A DNA stretch of 32,000 nucleotides from Floricoccus tropicus (lineage in GTDB: Bacteria > Bacillota > Bacilli > Lactobacillales > Streptococcaceae): contig NZ_MKIR01000001.1 in the NCBI RefSeq assembly GCF_001832905.1, forward strand, positions 214,855-246,854. The letters are read 5' to 3'. A model generated the notes under the pieces. It did no database searches. It was given only the letters and a program-made list of their open reading frames with translations, and was not told where the DNA came from. This document shows positions 20,137 to 26,060 of the stretch, piece by piece (position 1 is the first letter of the stretch; every line of letters starts with the position of its first letter). Both the position numbers and the translations under genes were made by a program.

Positions 20137-20950
20137 TTCATCTCAAATTATCGGTTACAAACCTGGAAATACTTTTATCTATAAAATAAATACTACAGCA
20201 AAAATGTTGTTCTTCATTCTTGTAACGGTAGCTTGTATGATTTCTTATGACACAAAATTTTTAGTAGCCATAAGTATCTTCTCATTAGTACTTTTTAAAA
20301 TATCAGATATCAAGTGGAAGCAAATATCTTTTGTTATGAAATTCATTGTTGTCTTCTCCCTCCTGAATCTCTTGGTGGTCTTTCTCTTTGATCCAAGTTA
20401 CGGAGCAAGACTATATGGTTCAAAGACAGTTATCTTTGGTTTTCTTACATGGGAAGAACTATTTTATTTATTTAATCTAGCTCTTAAATATTTCTGTACA
20501 GTACCACTTGCACTACTATTTTTACTTACAACTAACCCTAGCCAATTTGCTAGTTCACTAAATAGTTTAGGTGTTAGCTACCGTATATCGTATGCTGTGA
20601 GTCTCGCACTTCGTTATATTCCTGATGTTCAAAATGATTTTAATAATATCAAGATTAGCCAACAAGCGCGTGGGATTGACCTTTCATCCAAAGGAAATTT
20701 AATTACAAGAATTAAGAAAAATGTGCAACTGATACTACCTCTGATTTTTTCAAGTCTTGAAAGAATTGAAAAAGTATCGACTGCCATGGAACTAAGACGT
20801 TTTGGCAGTCGTAAAAAAAGAACATGGTATTCTTACAAGCCATTTAAAAGAAATGATTATTTAGTTCTTGGATTAGCAGTTTTAATAGTATTAATCACAA
20901 TCTCTCTTTTCTGGGTTAATAATGGGCGTTTCTACAATCCATTCGTTTAA
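20129..20950 (+). CDS. ECF transporter transmembrane (T) component, EcfT/CbiQ family
   Basis: About 273 aa, polytopic, with the coupling-helix motif QQARGIDL. The start was moved from 20057 to ATG 20129 (MNDSSQIIGYKPG) behind AAAGGAGGG. It overlaps the ATPase gene by 8 nt. Confidence 0.88.
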   Translation: MNDSSQIIGYKPGNTFIYKINTTAKMLFFILVTVACMISYDTKFLVAISIFSLVLFKISDIKWKQISFVMKFIVVFSLLNLLVVFLFDPSYGARLYGSKTVIFGFLTWEELFYLFNLALKYFCTVPLALLFLLTTNPSQFASSLNSLGVSYRISYAVSLALRYIPDVQNDFNNIKISQQARGIDLSSKGNLITRIKKNVQLILPLIFSSLERIEKVSTAMELRRFGSRKKRTWYSYKPFKRNDYLVLGLAVLIVLITISLFWVNNGRFYNPFV

Positions 20951-21056
20951 CTATAGTCACTTAAAAATAGATTAATACATCGTTGACTCATCTCGATGAA
21001 CGCTAGTTCTATCATCAATTCGTCGCCTTGTCTTATTTCTATTTTAATCAACTATA
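20951..21056 (-). repeat. compact (106-bp) copy of a TIR-bounded, ORF-less palindromic (MITE/BOX-like) element
   Basis: Its reverse complement aligns end-to-end with 25560-25844 once three 60-bp blocks are skipped in the long copy. The ends are CTATAGTCACTTAAAAATAG and CTATTTTAATCAACTATA, forming imperfect ~19-bp terminal inverted repeats. It starts immediately after the ecfT stop codon. Confidence 0.8.
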
Positions 21057-21064
21057 ATAATAAT

Positions 21065-21097
21065 AAAAATCTCCCAAATAATTTGAGAGATTTTTTT
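21065..21097. terminator. bidirectional rho-independent terminator (ECF operon / amylase)
   Basis: AAAAATCTC (21065-21073) pairs with GAGATTTTT (21087-21095). An A-run precedes it and a T-run follows. It sits between convergent genes and abuts the amylase stop codon at 21099. Confidence 0.7.
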
Positions 21098-21098
21098 G

Positions 21099-22667
21099 CT
21101 ATTTAAGAATCAAACTAGTGTACTTGGGAATTGTAAGCTTACCATTTTCAAGTTTAGCTTCTCCCTTAAAGGCAGATAAAGTTTCTTTTATCTTATATTT
21201 TGAAAGTTCTTTTGGTAGATCTATTGTTAAATCTTCCTTATCACTAAAGTTATGAATAACAGCAACTTTTTCATCTTCGTATTCATAAGATAAGATTGCA
21301 ATGTTTTTTTCATCTGATTCAAGGTTTGTGATTTCCCCACGCGCTATTTCTGGATAATTTGACTTAGCACGAAGAACTTTTTTATACCAACTTAGAACTG
21401 AGTCTGGATTTTTTTCTTGTACTTCCACTGAACCTCCATCAGTTTCAGCCTTCATTGTTGAATTTTCAAATGGTTTTGGTTGCCCCTTACCATCATTATT
21501 AAATACCATAGGTTGACGTTTATTTTCATCAGCACCGCTACCCGTCATACCAATTTCTTCACCATAATATATGAATGGATTTCCAGGCATCAAAAGATAA
21601 GTGTTAGCTGCCATCTTCTTTTGTTCAAGACTATTAAAGGTATGAGCAGAACGATCTCCATCATGATTACTTAAAAACGGAGCATCAATAGCATTTTTAT
21701 TTTTTTCCTTGATTGCCATGTCCCAAGTTACAAGTTTATCAGCAAATTTTTGACCATTCCCTAACTGGACAGTTTCTGCAATAATTCCATATTTTTTTGC
21801 CTGAGCAAATGGGAAATTAAAGAGACTATCAATTCCACTTTCATAGTGACTTTCAATATTATAGGCATCATTCCAAACTTCACCAACTACATAGACATCT
21901 TTCTTTTGCTTTTGCACTGTCTCCATAAACCATTTGGTGAACTCATTATCTTTTTCAGTTTCACCAGTGTAATACTCGCCAACAGCATCCAGTCTAAATC
22001 CTGCTATCCCTTTTTTTAGCCAAAAGTCAGTGATTTTTTTAATCTCAGAACGGACATCTTCATTTTTTAGATTTAAATCAGGCATTCCTTCCCAAAATCG
22101 TGCCTCATAGTACCAACCTTCTCCTAAGGAAGCATATCCTTCCTTCTGTTCTCTCGAAAAATTATAGAAATCCTTGTATTTTTCATCTTCCTTTGATCCA
22201 GTTCCTAGTACAGCTCTTTTAGCAGCTTTAAACCATTCATTTTCACTTGATGTATGATTCAAAACCAAATCTATTATTACTCTGATATTATGATCTTTTG
22301 CTTCTTTGACTAGATTTTCAAAATCTTCCATATTCCCAAATGATGGATCAATTTGATAGTAATCAATTACATCATATTTATGATAGCTTGGTGACTTCAT
22401 GATAGGAGTCAGCCATACTCCATCAACCTTTAAATCATCGGTAGAATCTTTTTTACCAGTATTAAGGTAATCAAGCTTTTCAGTAATTCCTTTTAAATCA
22501 CCTTTACCATCCCCATCACTATCATAAAAACTTCCAGTAAATATTTCATAATAGTTCCCATATAAATCATTAGTAGATTTTATAGATTTTCCACTACTTC
22601 CCGAGCTACAGGCTGATAAACCCAATAAAGCTAAAGCAGCCATAGTAATATAAAATTGTTTTTTCAT
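21099..22667 (-). CDS. GH13 alpha-amylase family lipoprotein
   Basis: 522 aa with signal peptide and lipobox LLGLSAC. GH13 regions are DLVLNH, GFRLDAV, GEVWND and FLSNHD. Confidence 0.9.
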   Translation of the reverse strand: MKKQFYITMAALALLGLSACSSGSSGKSIKSTNDLYGNYYEIFTGSFYDSDGDGKGDLKGITEKLDYLNTGKKDSTDDLKVDGVWLTPIMKSPSYHKYDVIDYYQIDPSFGNMEDFENLVKEAKDHNIRVIIDLVLNHTSSENEWFKAAKRAVLGTGSKEDEKYKDFYNFSREQKEGYASLGEGWYYEARFWEGMPDLNLKNEDVRSEIKKITDFWLKKGIAGFRLDAVGEYYTGETEKDNEFTKWFMETVQKQKKDVYVVGEVWNDAYNIESHYESGIDSLFNFPFAQAKKYGIIAETVQLGNGQKFADKLVTWDMAIKEKNKNAIDAPFLSNHDGDRSAHTFNSLEQKKMAANTYLLMPGNPFIYYGEEIGMTGSGADENKRQPMVFNNDGKGQPKPFENSTMKAETDGGSVEVQEKNPDSVLSWYKKVLRAKSNYPEIARGEITNLESDEKNIAILSYEYEDEKVAVIHNFSDKEDLTIDLPKELSKYKIKETLSAFKGEAKLENGKLTIPKYTSLILK

Positions 22668-22685
22668 TTATTCTCCTTATTTCAA

Positions 22686-22699
22686 TGCAACCGTTTTCA
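22686..22699. promoter_or_regulatory. cre (CcpA) operator at the amylase promoter
   Basis: ATGCAACCGTTTTCA fits the degenerate cre consensus WTGNAANCGNWNNCW at every position. It lies immediately downstream of the predicted -10 and upstream of the RBS of the amylase gene. Confidence 0.65.
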
Positions 22700-22727
22700 T
22701 TATCTATATAATAACATGAAAATTCAA
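22699..22727 (-). promoter_or_regulatory. sigma-A promoter for the amylase gene (TTGAAT-17-GATAAT)
   Basis: The minus strand has TTGAAT (22727-22722), a 17-nt spacer and GATAAT (22704-22699). Confidence 0.5.
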
Positions 22728-22730
22728 TTT

Positions 22731-22760
22731 TTCAATATTAATTTTTAGGTATGTTATAAT
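22731..22760 (+). promoter_or_regulatory. promoter for the oxidoreductase-helicase-DUF1361 unit (extended -10)
   Basis: TTCAAT, an 18-nt spacer, then TGtTATAAT (22752-22760), about 34 nt upstream of ATG 22794. Confidence 0.45.
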
Positions 22761-22793
22761 TAGTATAGTTTTATTAACATGGAGGTATTATGT

Positions 22794-23789
22794 ATGCTAA
22801 AACTCGCAATAATAGGTACAGGCTGGATTTCTCGTGCTTTCATTGATGCAGCCCTATCTACAGAAAAATATGAACTCACTTCTGTCTATTCACGTAGACT
22901 GTCAAGCGCTGAAGACTTTACAAGAGATTTTGACAATGTAAAATTATTTGATAATCTGGATAATTTTTTCGAAGATGATTTTGATGTTGTCTATATAGCA
23001 AGTCCAAATTCGCTTCACTTCTCTCATGCTCAGCTTGCTCTTAAAAACAAGAAAAATGTCATTGTAGAAAAACCAGCATTTTCAAATCCGACTGAATTAG
23101 CTGAAATCATTAAAACTGCAGAAGAAAATAATGTTTTAATTTTTGAAGCTGCCAGAAATATTCATGAAAAATCATTTACTATAATCAAGAATTTCTTAGA
23201 TGATAAAACAATTACTGGTGCCGACTTTACTTATGCTAAGTACTCTTCTAAAATGACGGCTTTGCTTGCAGGAGATGTTCCAAATACTTTTTCTACCAAG
23301 TTTTCTGGCGGAGCACTTGCTGATTTAGGTGTTTATGCTCTTTATGCAGCAGCCTACTTATTTGGTCAGTCAAATCTAGCTTTATATCAAGGAATTATTC
23401 TTGATAGTGGAGTTGATATAAATGGTATTGGTTGTCTAGAATATGATAATTTTAATTTGGCTCTAAAGACTGGGAAAAATCTTACAAGTAACCTTCCATC
23501 TGAAATCTACACAACTGATGGAACTTTGACATTAGATGGGATTAATGCTGTTTCTTCAGCTGTATTTGAAACTTTCGATGGTCAAGTTACTGAGTTAGAC
23601 GTCTCTGCACTTGAAAATCCGATGGCTGAGGAAGCTTGGGATTTTGCTGAAATCTTGTTGGACCCAACAAGTGAGAAAAACACTAAAGAATATGAAGAAC
23701 TTTTGCATCTTGCTCAAATCGTGGCTAACACTAGCTATGAGATGAGGAAAAATGCTGGAATTAAATTTGAGGCTGATAAAAATGATTGA
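22794..23789 (+). CDS. Gfo/Idh/MocA family NAD(P)-dependent oxidoreductase
   Basis: Rossmann N-terminus KLAIIGTGWISRAF and the EKP motif (VIVEKPAF). The start was moved from 22779 to ATG 22794, 8 nt after GGAGG. Confidence 0.87.
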   Translation: MLKLAIIGTGWISRAFIDAALSTEKYELTSVYSRRLSSAEDFTRDFDNVKLFDNLDNFFEDDFDVVYIASPNSLHFSHAQLALKNKKNVIVEKPAFSNPTELAEIIKTAEENNVLIFEAARNIHEKSFTIIKNFLDDKTITGADFTYAKYSSKMTALLAGDVPNTFSTKFSGGALADLGVYALYAAAYLFGQSNLALYQGIILDSGVDINGIGCLEYDNFNLALKTGKNLTSNLPSEIYTTDGTLTLDGINAVSSAVFETFDGQVTELDVSALENPMAEEAWDFAEILLDPTSEKNTKEYEELLHLAQIVANTSYEMRKNAGIKFEADKND

Positions 23790-24894
23790 TAATAATACAC
23801 TGCCAGAAGCATGGCAAAAACAACTTGAAGAACTTGGTTTTAATGAGTTCACTGCGGTTCAGGAAGAAAGTTTTGAACCTTTAAAAGATGGAATGAATGT
23901 TATTGCAACAAGTCCTACGGGAACTGGGAAAACTCTTGCCTATCTTCTACCTCTTTTACTTAACGTAAAAAAAGGAGGTGGGCAACAACTTTTAATTCTT
24001 GCTCCAAACAGTGAACTTGCTGGACAAATTCATGATGTTACAAAGACTTGGGCTGAACCACTTGGTTTAAAAGCTAGTCTTGTTATTGCAGGTGCTAGTC
24101 TTAAACGACAAATTGAACGTTTAAAAAAAGCTCCAGAAATCGTTATTGCAACTCCTGGTCGTGCTTTAGAACTTGTAAAAGATAAGAAAATCAAGATGAC
24201 TGCCATTAACACAATTGTTCTTGATGAAGTTGACCAACTTGTTGAAGACGGTCAGTTTAATTTTGTTAAGCCTATCATTAATCGAACACCTAAAGATTAT
24301 CAATTTGCCTTTTACTCAGCTACTGCTGATAGTCAGTTAGAAAAAATCCAACAAATTGCTGAAAATAAATTATCTAATCTTGTAGAAATTAATGTTACTG
24401 AAACTGATTCAAATGTTGAACATATCTTTGTTGAAGTTGAAAAACGTAAAAAAGTTGATTTTTTACGTCAGCTAGCTCACCTGCCTAACATGCGTGGTCT
24501 CGTCTTCTTTAACAAACTTGATGACTTAGGTAATGCGGAACAAAAATTACAATATCAAGGTATTGATGCGCAATCTCTTGCAAGTGATATTGGTGGACGT
24601 TTTAGAAAAGTTTTATTAGATAAGTTCAAAAATGGAGAAATCACCCTGCTACTTGCTACTGATTTACTCGCACGTGGAATCGATATTGAAAATCTAGATT
24701 ATGTTATTAATTTTGATGTTCCAGTAACTGAAGAAAGCTATCTTCACAGAGCTGGTCGTACTGGTCGTATGGGCAAAGATGGTACTGTTCTATCAATCAT
24801 CTCTTCTCCTATTGAAAAGAAAAATTTGAAAAAACTAGCCAATGACCCTCAAGAAAAGATCCTAAAAGCCCAACAATTCGTGGGTAAGAAGTAA
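23782..24894 (+). CDS. DEAD-box-family ATP-dependent RNA helicase (short, YfmL-like), motif II = DEVD
   Basis: Q motif F..FTAVQ, motif I SPTGTGKT, motif II LDEVD, motif III SAT and motif VI HRAGRTGR. The start was moved from 23752 to ATG 23782, which overlaps the upstream stop (ATGATTGA). Confidence 0.9.
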   Translation: MIDNNTLPEAWQKQLEELGFNEFTAVQEESFEPLKDGMNVIATSPTGTGKTLAYLLPLLLNVKKGGGQQLLILAPNSELAGQIHDVTKTWAEPLGLKASLVIAGASLKRQIERLKKAPEIVIATPGRALELVKDKKIKMTAINTIVLDEVDQLVEDGQFNFVKPIINRTPKDYQFAFYSATADSQLEKIQQIAENKLSNLVEINVTETDSNVEHIFVEVEKRKKVDFLRQLAHLPNMRGLVFFNKLDDLGNAEQKLQYQGIDAQSLASDIGGRFRKVLLDKFKNGEITLLLATDLLARGIDIENLDYVINFDVPVTEESYLHRAGRTGRMGKDGTVLSIISSPIEKKNLKKLANDPQEKILKAQQFVGKK

Positions 24895-24896
24895 TT

Positions 24897-25547
24897 ATGA
24901 ATAATAAAGAAAAATGGACTTTTAGGATTGTAACCTTAGTTTACTGCCTCTACATGCACTATTATGGTGGACCATTTTACTTTATGATTCTAAATGTTTT
25001 TCTAGCTTATATTCCAATTGAAATAAGTTTCCATTTAAACATTAATAATGGTTGGAAATTCTGGCTACTTGCAGCTTTTTGGCTCCTATTTTATCCAAAC
25101 GCTCCTTATCTCTTAACTGATTTTATTCATCTAGTACATCTTCCTATTTACGATGGCTATTCGATTGAAATTAGTAAGAATATGAACTATTGGTGGGATT
25201 ACTCACTTATGGGTCTTGGAATCATTGGTTTCACAATAGTTGGAATGGATTCTATAAATACTATTAGTAGACAATTGCTATATAAATTCAAAGGATGGCA
25301 AGTTATTACATTTCAAATTATTGTTCAATTTCTTTCATCTCTTGCAATTTATGTAGGTCGCTTCGACCGTTTGCATAGTGTTTATATTTTTGCAGAACCA
25401 GTTAACACCATTAAGTTAATATTCTTTACCTGGTCACAAAATAAAATTCAGTTCATTCTAATAATGACTTTTCTACAAATAGGATTATTTTATTTCATAA
25501 ATTTTGTAAGAAAAAATACAAAAAAGAACCTCTCAACTAATAATTGA
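24897..25547 (+). CDS. DUF1361-like polytopic membrane protein
   Basis: 216 aa with about 6 TM helices and the motif YPNAPYLLTDFIHL, which I associate with DUF1361. The start lies 2 nt after the helicase stop. The last codons lie inside the terminator hairpin. Confidence 0.65.
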   Translation: MNNKEKWTFRIVTLVYCLYMHYYGGPFYFMILNVFLAYIPIEISFHLNINNGWKFWLLAAFWLLFYPNAPYLLTDFIHLVHLPIYDGYSIEISKNMNYWWDYSLMGLGIIGFTIVGMDSINTISRQLLYKFKGWQVITFQIIVQFLSSLAIYVGRFDRLHSVYIFAEPVNTIKLIFFTWSQNKIQFILIMTFLQIGLFYFINFVRKNTKKNLSTNN

Positions 25548-25558
25548 GAGGTTTTTTT
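25527..25558 (+). terminator. rho-independent terminator after the DUF1361 gene
   Basis: Perfect 9-bp stem AACCTCTCA (25527-25535) / TGAGAGGTT (25545-25553) followed by T7. The TGA stop codon forms part of the 3' arm. Confidence 0.85.
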
Positions 25559-25583
25559 ATATAGTTGATTAAAAATAGAAATA

Positions 25584-25643
25584 CCTTCGTTTTACTACGC
25601 TGTCGATTACACTTAAATAAGCGAGCTTATAGTGTAAGTCGCA
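25584..25643 (+). repeat. hairpin module 1 (60 bp) of the expanded element
   Basis: CCTTCGTTTTACTACGCTGT leader followed by the imperfect hairpin CGATTACACTTAAATAAGC-GA-GCTTATAGTGTAAGTCG. It is absent from the compact copy. Confidence 0.75.
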
Positions 25644-25652
25644 AGACAAGGC

Positions 25653-25712
25653 ACTTCGCTTCGCTACGATGTCCATAGAACTTAAATTGCTAAAGCAATT
25701 AGTTCTAATGGC
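25653..25712 (+). repeat. hairpin module 2 (60 bp) of the expanded element
   Basis: ACTTCGCTTCGCTACGATGT leader followed by the hairpin CCATAGAACTTAAATTGC-TAAA-GCAATTAGTTCTAATGG. It is absent from the compact copy. Boundaries are ambiguous by 3 nt because of GGC microhomology. Confidence 0.75.
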
Positions 25713-25752
25713 GACGAAAGATGATAGAACTAGAGTTCATCGAGATGAGTCA

Positions 25753-25812
25753 CTACGCCTTGCTCCGATGTCGATTGTACTTATATAAGCAAGCTTATTA
25801 GTATAAATCGCA
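25753..25812 (+). repeat. hairpin module 3 (60 bp) of the expanded element
   Basis: CTACGCCTTGCTCCGATGT leader followed by the hairpin CGATTGTACTTATATAAGC-AA-GCTTATTAGTATAAATCG. It is absent from the compact copy. CA microhomology occurs at the junctions. Confidence 0.75.
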
Positions 25813-25846
25813 ACGATGTATTAGACTATTTTTAAGTGACGATAAA

Positions 25847-25870
25847 TGGAAAAAGACCCGAAGGTCTTCT
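25847..25870 (-). terminator. rho-independent terminator after tRNA-Arg
   Basis: The minus-strand RNA folds as AAGACC-UUCG-GGUCUU (6-bp stem with a UUCG tetraloop) followed by UUUCC. It lies 20 nt downstream of the tRNA 3' end. Confidence 0.65.
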
Positions 25871-25889
25871 ATATAGGTTTGGCACCTAA

Positions 25890-25961
25890 TGGCCCCTGAC
25901 GGAATCGAACCATCAACTAATTCTTAGGAGGAACTTGTTATATCCATTTAACTAAGGAGCC
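25890..25961 (-). tRNA. tRNA-Arg (anticodon CCU)
   Basis: Hand-folded 72-nt cloverleaf. Acceptor GGCTCCT/AGGGGCC (one G-U); D arm GTTA-AATGGATA-TAAC. Anticodon arm AGTTC-CTCCTAA-GAATT, with U33 and CCT at positions 34-36. Variable loop of 4 nt, T arm GATGG-TTCGATT-CCGTC and discriminator A. CCA is not encoded. Confidence 0.9.
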
Positions 25962-25980
25962 ACTTCTATTACGAATAATA

Positions 25981-26009
25981 ATTATAACATAATTTATAGG
26001 ATTTTCTAT
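25981..26009 (-). promoter_or_regulatory. probable promoter for tRNA-Arg (extended -10 TGtTATAAT)
   Basis: The minus strand reads ATGTTATAAT (25990-25981), about 20 nt upstream of the mature tRNA 5' end. The -35 hexamer is weak. Confidence 0.45.
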
Positions 26010-26024
26010 ACCTTATGATAAGAA

Positions 26025-26044
26025 TTTCTATGTATACATAGAAA
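26025..26044. repeat. perfect 20-bp palindrome TTTCTATGTATACATAGAAA
   Basis: TTTCTATGTA is the exact reverse complement of TACATAGAAA. It lies between the gpx terminator and the tRNA-Arg promoter. Confidence 0.9.
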
Positions 26045-26060
26045 AAGCAGGAATTTCTTC

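Larger units (their letters stand above)
25560..25844 (+). repeat. expanded (285-bp) copy of the TIR-bounded palindromic element, carrying three 60-bp hairpin modules
   Basis: The backbone TATAGTTGATTAAAAATAGAAATA / AGACAAGGC / GACGAAAGATGATAGAACTAGAGTTCATCGAGATGAGTCA / ACGATGTATTAGACTATTTTTAAGTGACGATA matches the reverse complement of 20951-21056 with only a few mismatches or indels. There is no ORF. Confidence 0.8.

Noticed and set aside
25584-25812. CRISPR-array reading of the three repeated hairpin blocks
   Set aside because: The blocks are 60 bp long, only about 60-70 percent similar to each other, and irregularly spaced (9 and 40 bp apart). They are separated by backbone sequence that is itself repeated at 20951-21056, and no cas genes are present. 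The pattern fits a modular intergenic repeat, not repeat-spacer units.
25560-25844. Stand-alone structured ncRNA gene (large ornate RNA or a tRNA-linked RNA)
   Set aside because: A second, inverted copy lacks all three hairpin modules, and terminal inverted repeats are present. Both point to a dispersed repeat rather than a single-copy RNA gene. Transcription cannot be excluded.
25847-26060. Genomic island or prophage attachment site at tRNA-Arg
   Set aside because: There is no integrase or phage gene nearby, and I noticed no direct repeat of the tRNA 3' end anywhere in the window. Only the small ORF-less repeat lies adjacent.
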